Below are positions 9,486 to 18,231 of a stretch of DNA of 18,365 nucleotides, one piece after another. The stretch comes from Fidelibacterota bacterium (GTDB lineage: Bacteria; Fidelibacterota; Marinisomatia; Marinisomatales; TCS55), in NCBI GenBank assembly GCA_027251445.1, contig JAPNQO010000052.1, positions 1-18,365 on the forward strand, given 5' to 3'. Each line of letters starts with the position of its first letter. Positions within the stretch are counted from its first letter, which is position 1. The notes beneath the pieces are model-generated. The model made no database searches and was not told where the DNA came from. It was given only the letters and a program-made list of their open reading frames with translations. The position numbers and the translations under genes are program-made.

Positions 9486-10358
9486 ATGAATGAAATAAAA
9501 CTTTTAGATGGCGCAATGGGAACACAGCTTATGCAGGCTGGGTTAGAATTACCATTGCCAATTTGGTCTGGTGATATAAATATTACACATCCTGATCATA
9601 TACAAAATGTCCACGAATCTTATCTAAAGGCTGGTTCAGATATTTTAACTACCAATACATTTCGTACAACACCAAGAGCATATTTAAATCATGGTTTTTC
9701 TCTGGACAATGCCATGAAACGATCCCGAAAAAGTTTATATAAGGCAGTTCAGTTAGCTAAAGAAGTTTCTAATATAAATACAGTTATTGCTGGTTCAATA
9801 GCCCCTCTGGAGGACTGTTATGAGCCAAACTTATTTCCTGGTGTTACATATGCAAAGAAAGAATTCAACGAACTTTCAAATTGGCTTCAAGATGCAGGGG
9901 TTGATATTATAATATTTGAAACAATGGGTAGTTGGCCTGAAATCAAATCAGCTATCTTATCCACAGATGATGTGCAAATTTCAAGATGGATAAGTATGAT
10001 TCTAAAAGATGGAAAAAAACTATTGGATGGTACAGATCTAAGTGAAGTTCTAAATAATTTATTAGATTATAAAATTGATATGATTCTTCTTAATTGTAAT
10101 CCATGTAACATAACTAATGAGGCATTAGATATAATCACAAAATATTGGAGTAAATCTTGGGGTGTATATCCAAACATTGGCACATCTATACCATCAAAAG
10201 AAGGGATAATTGAAGAAAAATTGAGTATAGACAATTTTAAAAAAGAAATAAATAATTGTATTAACGCAGGAGCATCTGTTGTTGGAGCATGTTGCGGATC
10301 AAATCCATATTATATAAATGCCTTAAGAGGCTTAATTGATTTACATACAAAACAATAG
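9486..10358 (+). CDS. Homocysteine S-methyltransferase family protein
   Basis: LLDGAMGTQL, TTNTF, GSIAP, FETM, Zn ligands LNC and GACCG, YPN. Confidence 0.88.
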   Translation: MNEIKLLDGAMGTQLMQAGLELPLPIWSGDINITHPDHIQNVHESYLKAGSDILTTNTFRTTPRAYLNHGFSLDNAMKRSRKSLYKAVQLAKEVSNINTVIAGSIAPLEDCYEPNLFPGVTYAKKEFNELSNWLQDAGVDIIIFETMGSWPEIKSAILSTDDVQISRWISMILKDGKKLLDGTDLSEVLNNLLDYKIDMILLNCNPCNITNEALDIITKYWSKSWGVYPNIGTSIPSKEGIIEEKLSIDNFKKEINNCINAGASVVGACCGSNPYYINALRGLIDLHTKQ

Positions 10359-10409
10359 TTATTTTTTTCCAATATACATTATCTATAATTATTTCATTAG
10401 ATTCAATAT

Positions 10410-11408
10410 ATGCCTCGGATAAAAATTATTGTCTTTTCAATCTTTTTTCTTTTTCTGCTAACTTATTTTTCTTGTACTGTTTCTGAAGATAATTCCCCAG
10501 AAGCATGGGTTACATTTCGAGTAGATATGAGTAATGAAACAATATCTGCCAATGGAGTACATATTGCAGGTACAATGCAATCAACAAATGGATCTATAGA
10601 AGAAATGATTGCTATAGAAAATAACGGAGTATACGAAGTAACATTATCTTGTACCATAGGTGATACCGTTGAATATATGTATTTAAATAGCAATGTCCTT
10701 GGTGGTAATGCAGAAACATTGGACAGCCTATCATGTGTTCTTTCTGGTACGGGTAATCGCTGGCTAGAAGTTCCCGATACTGATTCTCTTATTCTAGATA
10801 TCGTTTGTTATAATAGTTGTTTAGCTTGTGTTGATACTCTTGATGGCACAGTAAATAATCTTGATGATCTAGGCCTATTTAAGGGGTTGTGGGAATTGCG
10901 AGATTTATGCGAAGGATTAGATACTATTGGTTTTAGTGTAAACAACTCTGGTGATACTACCTGGGAGACAGAATCATCGTTAGATCATGATTCATTATTA
11001 ATCTTTTTCCCTGATACAGGTGCTTACTTTACATATGGAGACTGGCAGGGTAGTTGTGATAATGAACAAAGTTCATGTTTTTTCACTCAAACATTTAATT
11101 TAAATCTTAATTCGGATGGTCAGTTTACATATTACTTTTTAACTGAAGATAATGATTCACTATTTGTTTATTTTACTTTGTCTCTGGGGGTAATAGAATT
11201 TGATCATTTTACATATGACCCAAATGTATTAACTATTCAATATTTTATCCCTCCTGAATATGATTTTCCATCAAGGAGTGAAGTGTACGATAAAATCAAT
11301 GATGATTTTGATAATATACCAGATATTATTCCAAACTTTTCTCCTGTTTGTTCAAATTCAGGACGTGTATCATCCCAAGATCGATTAGGGTTTATAGATA
11401 ACCCTTAA
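10410..11408 (+). CDS. Acidic, Cys-rich putative lipoprotein with an N-terminal CBM/Ig-like domain
   Basis: Lipobox-like YFS-C. VTFRVDMS...NGVHIAG...NGVYEVTL...EY resembles CBM20/CBM48-like beta-sandwiches of FCB surface proteins. The rest is unrecognised. Confidence 0.6.
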   Translation: MPRIKIIVFSIFFLFLLTYFSCTVSEDNSPEAWVTFRVDMSNETISANGVHIAGTMQSTNGSIEEMIAIENNGVYEVTLSCTIGDTVEYMYLNSNVLGGNAETLDSLSCVLSGTGNRWLEVPDTDSLILDIVCYNSCLACVDTLDGTVNNLDDLGLFKGLWELRDLCEGLDTIGFSVNNSGDTTWETESSLDHDSLLIFFPDTGAYFTYGDWQGSCDNEQSSCFFTQTFNLNLNSDGQFTYYFLTEDNDSLFVYFTLSLGVIEFDHFTYDPNVLTIQYFIPPEYDFPSRSEVYDKINDDFDNIPDIIPNFSPVCSNSGRVSSQDRLGFIDNP

Positions 11409-11429
11409 CTTGTAGAATAAATAATTATA

Positions 11430-11915
11430 TTGATCAAATTTTACAAGATACTATTTATAAGTTTCATATTTATCCTTAGTTGTGATAAATCAAATATAGT
11501 TAGAGTTACTGCTCAAGATATTCTGGAAGCCGCAGCATTGGAAAAGGGAAAAAAAGCTGTTTTAATTAATGTTTGGGCAACTTGGTGAAGTTCATGTATT
11601 GCGGAGTTTCCGTTTATAAGGGATTTAGAAAAAGAATATAAGGATGATTTGAATGTCATTTTTGTAAGTGGAGACTGGTTAGAACAAGAAAAAGAAGTGA
11701 TTAGTTTTTTGAAGAAAATGGGAATTACTGATGAATTATTTATAAAAAATCAGCCTGATGAAGAGTTTATTAATGGTATACATCTCGAATGGACAGGTAC
11801 TCTTCCATTTACGATTGTATTTGGTAAACTATCTGGTTCGATTGTAGATTTTTGGGAGAATTCAAATCATGAACGAAGGTTCATTGAGGCAATAGAGAAA
11901 GCAATAAATTTATAG
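11430..11915 (+). CDS. TlpA/ResA-like thioredoxin-fold lipoprotein, predicted selenoprotein (UxxC; Sec53 = TGA 11586-11588), 161 aa
   Basis: Manual translation from TTG 11430: MIKFYKILFISFIFILS-CDKSNIVRVTAQDILEAAALEKGKKAVLINVWATW*SSCIAEFPFIRDLEKEYKDDLNVIFVS..., continuous with the track ORF 11649..11915. TGA sits at the first Cys of the WATWCxxC motif. Cis-Pro-like TLPFT downstream. Confidence 0.9.
11595..11618 (+). promoter_or_regulatory. Candidate bacterial SECIS element
   Basis: TGTA-TT-GCGGA-[GTT]-TCCGT-T-TATA hairpin. The apical loop starts with G, 17 nt after the TGA. Confidence 0.7.
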
Positions 11916-11923
11916 GAGTTAAT

Positions 11924-12523
11924 ATGGTACGCTTAATTAGTTTAATAATGATTATTATTTTTTCAGGTACAAATACACATGCTAAAGAACTAGATCTTGG
12001 ATCAAAAATGCCGTTAGTAAAAACTAAGATGATGGATATTAGTGGAAAATCAATTTCATTATCTGAAGCAAAGGGAGAAAATGGACTATTAGTTATTTTT
12101 TCTTGTAATACATGCCCCTGGGTTAAACGATGGGAAGATAGATATGTTGAATTAACTAAAAAGTATAAACCTAAAGGTGTTGGTGTAATTGCGATCAATT
12201 CTAACGAATCGAATTTTGAATCTTCTGAAAGTTTAGATGAAATGAGGAAAATTGCTGAAGACAAAAAATATAATTTTTTCTATACTATGGATAATGGTTC
12301 TAAACTAGCCAGAGAGTTTGGTGCATCTAAAACTCCACATGTGTTTCTTTTTGATAAAAATGATCAGCTTGTATATCGTGGTGCAGTAGATGATAATCCG
12401 AAAAAAGCAAGAAAAGTGAAAAAACCATATGTTGCTGATGCAATTGATGCAATGCTTTCTGGAAATGATATTAAATATGCATCAACAAAAGCTCTAGGGT
12501 GTGGGATAAAATTCAAAAGATAA
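11924..12523 (+). CDS. Exported AhpC/TSA (peroxiredoxin-like) thioredoxin-family protein, Cys-type CNTC
   Basis: Signal peptide, IFSCNTCPWV, AINSN, FGASKTPHVFLFD, YRGAVDD and C-terminal GCGIK. AGGAG RBS at 11914-11918 overlaps the upstream stop. Confidence 0.9.
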   Translation: MVRLISLIMIIIFSGTNTHAKELDLGSKMPLVKTKMMDISGKSISLSEAKGENGLLVIFSCNTCPWVKRWEDRYVELTKKYKPKGVGVIAINSNESNFESSESLDEMRKIAEDKKYNFFYTMDNGSKLAREFGASKTPHVFLFDKNDQLVYRGAVDDNPKKARKVKKPYVADAIDAMLSGNDIKYASTKALGCGIKFKR

Positions 12524-12530
12524 TTCAATA

Positions 12531-14579
12531 CTATTTAAGATATAATACTTTCCCATTAATAATATTACTTTGACTCTCTATGCTATATAAATAGGTCCCT
12601 GAGCTTATTGCGTCTGAGGGAGACCAATGTATACTTTGATTCCCGGCCCTTCTTATCCCTAGATTATTATTTGAAATTAATCTTCCATTTAAATCAAAAA
12701 TGCTGATTTGAATATTTGATTGATTTGTAATATTAAAATTTATATTAATTGAAGAATTAAAGGGGTTTGGATAAGCCTTTACTAGTTTTAGTTGTTGTTG
12801 TATAGAACTATTTTCATCTAATACACTAACTTCTTGCTCATCAAGTAATGTTTCAATTATTGCAATCATAGACTGTGTATCGATCTCATTATTTGAATAA
12901 TATACAATACCATCAGTTCCAATAATAAAGTCACGTGGATATGGAGAACCCTGATTTGGAATATAATATTGATCGTAAACAATACCTGTTCCTATACCTG
13001 GGCCACTTCTTGTATCTTTTAATATTGGAAAAGTTAGTCCATTATCAATTACAAACTGATCAATTTGCCCCTGATTAACAGCAGTAATCCCAACAAGAGT
13101 AACTCCATTATCAACAAATTCTTGCCAAATTGATATTTCTAAATCCGATAACTCCGGACTACACACAGGTCATCCCGGAGAGAAAAAAGTAATGACTACA
13201 ATTTCCCCATTGTTTGACCAATGTTGTGTTAAGTTGAAATTATTTGTACCATTAGCAGCTGTAGGTAGAGTAAAATCTGGTGCTGGCATACCAACATTTA
13301 CACCATCATAATTTCCTAATACTTCACATGTGATAATAGGCTCATCATTATCATTTGATGGAATATTATAAACACCTGAAGCATTATTTCCAGACTTTGT
13401 ATATACAACATTAACAATGATTGAATCACCTGGATCTAATGTATTTAAGATTGATGGGGTAGTAAAATCAGGATGAGAAAAATAATCATATTCAAACTCA
13501 ATGGCTTCACTTCCATTACTTTTTAAAATGAGTTGAATTGTATCCTTATCTCCAACACCAATTTCAGGAAAACTTATATCATGCGAACTAATATCTAGAT
13601 CTGGGGCATCAATAGGGCCATATTCAAATACTTGTAAATGTCTCCATTCAGCAGAAAATATCACATTGCCTTTTGTATTTATTGACATAGTCCTATATCC
13701 AGTATTTTTATAACCAACTAACTCAAATTGGTTTGAGGTATACTCAAGTACTTTTACGTCTATCCAATCAGAAACAACTATTTTATTATCAATAAGCGCA
13801 ATTCTATTAGCTAGTCCAGTTGTATTGTACGACGCAAGTAGATGAGGGTTATAAGGATCAGAAATATCATATCGTACAATACCATGACTACCCAAAGCTA
13901 CATTCAGTTGATAACCATCTAGTTTCATATCTTTAATAGCACCGTCTGTAATTGTATTGGATAATTCAATTGGATTCATTAGATCACTAATTTCTAGAAT
14001 TTTAAAACCAAATTCACCATTCATAATTATCATTAATGAATCAATAAAATCAGTACCCCATGCATTTTCACAATTTATTTGTCTTATAAATGATGGTGAA
14101 TCAGGTTCAGAAATATTAAACAATATCACACCATGTTCATGTGCAGAAGCAAATAAGACGGTGTCTCTTACAGTTAAACCATCATAACTATAATTAGAAT
14201 TATTTGGCTGTGGAACCATACCTATGAATTGAGGATTTGATGGATCAGATATGTTTACAATTGCAATACCTCTGTGTCGAGCAGATAGGTATAGTATAGA
14301 ATCTGATGTTGCTGCTATAAAATTTGGTAATGCTCGATTCTGATTTCCAAAAGGAATCTCAAGATTGGATAGATGGACAGGGTTTAGAGAATCAGATATA
14401 TCATAAAATTCAGTTCCATTTAAATTCCCAGTAATTATCATAGTATTACCTGAAAATTTTACATCAAGCAACTCTCTATTTTGTGGATCATATCTATTAT
14501 GCAATGTAAGATTTTTTGCAATTGTAAAATCCAATATAATGAAGATGGTCAAAATTAATTGCATGTATAAACTGTACAT
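12531..14579 (-). CDS. Multidomain predicted selenoprotein: LVIVD repeats + Ig-like + AhpC/TSA redoxin (UxxC, TGA at 13172-13170) + T9SS-type C-terminal sorting domain; 682 aa (677 aa if start is ATG 14564)
   Basis: Track ORFs 13170..14579 and 12531..13166 are in the same frame, separated only by TGA-CCT: ...VGMPAPDFTL...VVITFFSPG*PVCSPELSDL.... The redoxin fold spans the TGA. The C-terminus has YPNPFNSSININF...ISIFDLNGRLI...SSGTYLY...KVLYLK. LVIVD-like units include IAIVNISDPSNP, VILFNISEPDSP and IVRYDISDPYNP. Confidence 0.88.
13142..13160 (-). promoter_or_regulatory. Candidate bacterial SECIS element
   Basis: Minus strand AGTCCG-GAGTTAT-CGGATT hairpin starting 9 nt after the TGA. Shares CGGAGTT at the same offset as the other candidate. 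Confidence 0.7.
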
Positions 14580-14654
14580 AGTCTAATTTATTCATACTTT
14601 ATGTAAGTTCACTCTTTCAAAAAATTAAATGTATTATGATTGTATAAACAATAT

Positions 14655-15611
14655 ATGAGATCCATTTATTTAAGAACAATATTTGCTATTATATTTCTAT
14701 TTTTTTTCTCATGCAGCATATCTTCAGATAATCGATTAATTAATGATGGCATTTTTATCTACGTTCTTGGTGTTGCTCAAGATGGAGGGTATCCACAAGC
14801 TGGTTGTTTAAAACAATGTTGCATGAAGGTTAAAAGGAAACCTTATCTTAAACGAATGGTGACTTCTATTGCAATTGTAGATAATGTAGAAAATAAATGT
14901 TGGATCATTGATATGTCTCCAGATTTTCCAAAGCAATTGCATATGATCAATGATATAACAAATTCAAAAAGTGCTGTAAATATTGCTGGTATTTTTTTAA
15001 CACATGCACATATTGGTCATTATTCTGGGCTAATTCATCTTGGACATGAAGTTATGGGAGCAAAAAATATACCAGTCTACGCCATGCCTAGAATGAAGAA
15101 TTTTCTTGAAAAAAATGGCCCCTGGAATCAATTAGTTACTAAAAGTAATATTCAAATTAATTCTATATATGATGATAATGTAATAAATATAAATGATCAG
15201 GTCTCTGTTAAACCATTTCTCGTTCCTCATCGTGATGAGTTTACTGAAACTGTTGGTTTTAAAATTAAAGGGCCTTCAAATTCTATACTATTTATACCTG
15301 ATATAGATAAATGGAATATTTGGAATAAAGATATTATTTCTGAAGTGAATTCAAATGACTATTTATTACTAGATGGCACCTTTTTTGATGGAAATGAACT
15401 TCCAGGAAGGGATATGAGTGAAATACCTCATCCATTTGTCAGTGAAAGTATAAATCTATTTAAAGGGTTGCCAACAAAAGAAAAGAATAAGATTCATTTT
15501 ATTCATTTTAATCATACTAATCCTCTTATTTGGTCAACAAGTAATGAATTAAATTTTTTAATTCAAGAAGGTTTTAATATTGCTAAACAAGGACAGGTTA
15601 TTAAACTATAA
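14655..15611 (+). CDS. Metallo-beta-lactamase-fold hydrolase, PqqB-like, putative lipoprotein
   Basis: LGVAQDGGYPQAGC...C, THAHIGH, VPHRDE, FIPDID, DGTF, HFNHTNP, and lipobox-like FFS-C. ATG 14655 preferred over TTG 14640. Confidence 0.8.
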   Translation: MRSIYLRTIFAIIFLFFFSCSISSDNRLINDGIFIYVLGVAQDGGYPQAGCLKQCCMKVKRKPYLKRMVTSIAIVDNVENKCWIIDMSPDFPKQLHMINDITNSKSAVNIAGIFLTHAHIGHYSGLIHLGHEVMGAKNIPVYAMPRMKNFLEKNGPWNQLVTKSNIQINSIYDDNVININDQVSVKPFLVPHRDEFTETVGFKIKGPSNSILFIPDIDKWNIWNKDIISEVNSNDYLLLDGTFFDGNELPGRDMSEIPHPFVSESINLFKGLPTKEKNKIHFIHFNHTNPLIWSTSNELNFLIQEGFNIAKQGQVIKL

Positions 15612-15618
15612 TTATAGG

Positions 15619-17109
15619 ATGAAAAATAAATTATTAATGATAATCTTGTTTAGTATATCGACCTATGTATATACTAATGAGCTTGATGAAATTCAGGTAT
15701 ATATCAGTTCTGAATTATTACCAGGATCTTCAATTTGGTATACAAACCCTCCCGATCAGAGTGAAATAAAGTATAAGTTAGCCAAGCAAGAAAATCTGCG
15801 GTGGAGAAAAAATAATAAAGCCAATAATTTTACTATCTCAATTAATTCGAAAATTACCTATCAATCTATTCTGGGGATTGGAACTTCTCTTGAGGCAACT
15901 ACATTACATGCCATATCGAAAGGAAAAACTGAAGAGGAAATCCGTAATATTCTTAGATTGCTTATTGATCCAAAAGAAGGTTTAGGATTTAATATGTTTA
16001 GAATAACAATTGGAACATCTGACTTTTCTGATGGTAGAAGTGTTTCATCTCACCCAAAAGGGTTCTACACATATCAGGATGATAAAGAAAATTTTTCAAT
16101 TGAATCAGATATGAAAACTGGAATCATTCCTATGTTAAAATTAGTTCAGGAAGTTGCTGCAAATATAGATCCTCCTCAACCTATCATATTTTTTGCAGCT
16201 CCATGGAGTCCTCCAGCTTGGATGAAATCATCGGAAAAAATTATTGGAGGTACATTAAAGAAAGGTTACGAAAAACAATTAGCAATATATTTAAGAAAAT
16301 TTATTGAAGCTTATGAGAGGCAAGGAATTCCTATTTATGCAATATCCACTCAAAATGAACCTAATTTTGTACCAGATAATTATCCCGGTATGCAATTAAG
16401 TGCAAAACAACAATTAGATTTAACAATAGCTACATACGAAGAATTTCATAATCCAAATAAACCAGAGTTATATACTAAAATTTGGCTTAACGATCATAAT
16501 TTTGAAGATTGGGTTAATGCAGACTTTATATTAAAGGAATTAAAGAAAATTGGTAAGGAATACTATGTTTCTGGAACTGCATTTCATAATTATACCAATT
16601 ATCCCGCTTCGTATATGTCTCAACTTTATAATAATCACCCAGATCATGAAATAATTTTTACAGAGCATTCAGAATGGGGAATATCCGGAATGTATAATAT
16701 TCAAAAATACTTCTGGAATTGGTCACGCTCATATATGTATTGGGTAACGATGACTACATATGATCTTGACGAATACAATCAAGGACCATATAATACCTTA
16801 TCTGAACTTAGTCCTACTTTATTAATTGAAAACCCAGATGAACCAGATAAATTTTATGTCACACCTGAGTATTATCTCTTATCGCATTTTTCTAAATTTG
16901 TCAGACCTGGAGCATATCGTATTAGTTGTGATAAGGGTAATATTGAAGAGGCATCTTTTGTAGCATTTAGAAATTGTGATGGAACAATAGTATTAATAGG
17001 AGCAAACCAAACTAATTCATTAAAAAACTTTACTCTTGAGTATCAAAATAAATCTTCTAACTCAAGTATACCTCCAAATTCAATTGGAACGTATATTTGG
17101 AAAGAATAA
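15619..17109 (+). CDS. Glycoside hydrolase family 30 (glucosylceramidase-like), exported
   Basis: RITIGTSDFS, AAPWSPPAWMK, QNEP (acid/base), AFHNY, FTE (nucleophile), HFSKFVRPGA. ATG 15619 gives a signal peptide. Confidence 0.9.
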   Translation: MKNKLLMIILFSISTYVYTNELDEIQVYISSELLPGSSIWYTNPPDQSEIKYKLAKQENLRWRKNNKANNFTISINSKITYQSILGIGTSLEATTLHAISKGKTEEEIRNILRLLIDPKEGLGFNMFRITIGTSDFSDGRSVSSHPKGFYTYQDDKENFSIESDMKTGIIPMLKLVQEVAANIDPPQPIIFFAAPWSPPAWMKSSEKIIGGTLKKGYEKQLAIYLRKFIEAYERQGIPIYAISTQNEPNFVPDNYPGMQLSAKQQLDLTIATYEEFHNPNKPELYTKIWLNDHNFEDWVNADFILKELKKIGKEYYVSGTAFHNYTNYPASYMSQLYNNHPDHEIIFTEHSEWGISGMYNIQKYFWNWSRSYMYWVTMTTYDLDEYNQGPYNTLSELSPTLLIENPDEPDKFYVTPEYYLLSHFSKFVRPGAYRISCDKGNIEEASFVAFRNCDGTIVLIGANQTNSLKNFTLEYQNKSSNSSIPPNSIGTYIWKE

Positions 17110-18197
17110 TGAAAGAAATCCGTACAGTATTACTTGTTAGTATTTTTCTATTTTCTTTTTTACTAGCGAAAGGAAAAACAAAAAATATTATTTTTATTAC
17201 TTTTGATGGTCTAAGGTGGGAAGAAGTATTTTACGGTGCTGATAGTCTATTAATTCATTCAGAAAAATATACGAAAGATCAAAGCCAGATTTTAAAAGAC
17301 TATTGGAATTCTTCTTATCGTATTCGTAGAGAAAAATTGATGCCTTTTTTTTGGAATACAATTATTAATCAAGGGCAATTATATGGAAATGTTCGAAATG
17401 GAAGTATAGCTACTCTTGAAAACCCTTATCTATTTTCATATCCAGGCTATAGTGAAATGTTGGTTGGATATGTAGATTTAACAAGAAATAGTAATAATAA
17501 GGAAAACAACCCCAATATTACAGTTCTTGAATATATACATAACCAACCAGGATATAATAATAAGGTTGCTGCTTTCTGTTCATGGGATGTTTTTGATTTT
17601 ATCATTAATGAAAAACGTTCAGGAATATATGTAAGCGCAGGAATGGAATCGTATGGTAAAGGAAGAAACAATCCAAAGATTGGCTTATTAAACGAAATAA
17701 TGTTGCAAATTCCTGTACCATGGAAAAGTGTCCGATATGATGCAATTACGCATAATTTTGCAAAAACATATTTAGAAGAAGAGAGACCAAAGCTATTATA
17801 TATTGCTTATGATGAAACTGATGAATATGCACATGAAGGGAAGTATGATCAGTATCTAATTGCTGCTAATAGATTAGATAAATATGTGTCCGATTTATGG
17901 ACCTGGGTACAAGGTAATTATTTTTATAAAAACAAGACAACAATACTTATTACAACTGATCATGGTAGAGGAAATAAGGATATAGATGCTTGGAGAAATC
18001 ATGGAAGTTCAGTAATTGGAGCAGAGAATGTATGGATGGCTGTTATAGGACCAGACACCCCTCCGCAGGGCGAGATGGTAAATCATGAAAAAATAAATAG
18101 TAGTCAAATTGCATCAACAATTGCTGCATTTTTAAGTATAGAATATCAAAGTGAAAAACCTATTGCACCATTGATTAAGACCATGTTTTATGATTAA
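17109..18197 (+). CDS. Alkaline phosphatase superfamily (phosphodiesterase / phosphoglyceromutase-like) exported enzyme
   Basis: FITFDGLRWEE, FSYPGY, DETDEYAH and TTDHGRG metal-binding motifs. ATG 17109 overlaps the upstream TAA (TAATG) and is followed by a signal peptide. Confidence 0.8.
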   Translation: MKEIRTVLLVSIFLFSFLLAKGKTKNIIFITFDGLRWEEVFYGADSLLIHSEKYTKDQSQILKDYWNSSYRIRREKLMPFFWNTIINQGQLYGNVRNGSIATLENPYLFSYPGYSEMLVGYVDLTRNSNNKENNPNITVLEYIHNQPGYNNKVAAFCSWDVFDFIINEKRSGIYVSAGMESYGKGRNNPKIGLLNEIMLQIPVPWKSVRYDAITHNFAKTYLEEERPKLLYIAYDETDEYAHEGKYDQYLIAANRLDKYVSDLWTWVQGNYFYKNKTTILITTDHGRGNKDIDAWRNHGSSVIGAENVWMAVIGPDTPPQGEMVNHEKINSSQIASTIAAFLSIEYQSEKPIAPLIKTMFYD

Positions 18198-18231
18198 AGT
18201 GTCTTATAATTAATAATGAAAGTAGTATTTA

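Noticed and set aside
11649..11915. Standalone 88-aa ORF
   Set aside because: It is the C-terminal half of the 11430..11915 thioredoxin fold.
12531..13166. Separate 211-aa gene starting at GTG 13166
   Set aside because: It would start in the middle of the xxC active-site motif with no signal peptide. It is the C-terminal part of the read-through protein.
11586..13172. Two nonsense-mutated pseudogenes
   Set aside because: Both stops are TGA, both fall exactly on the catalytic Cys position, both are followed by similar hairpins, and neither gene shows other lesions. Sec recoding is far more parsimonious.
14580..14654. Divergent promoter boxes (e.g. TTCACT-N18-TATTAT at 14608-14637)
   Set aside because: Promoters probably lie here, but the matches are weak and expected by chance in AT-rich DNA.
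1146..17671. Short overlapping ORFs in the track (1146-1442, 2074-2298, 2082-2291, 3538-3726, 5051-5257, 5330-5530, 6357-6614, 10463-10693, 11881-12264, 13957-14187, 17447-17671)
   Set aside because: They overlap well-supported genes in antisense or alternate frames and have no recognisable motifs, so they are treated as shadow ORFs.
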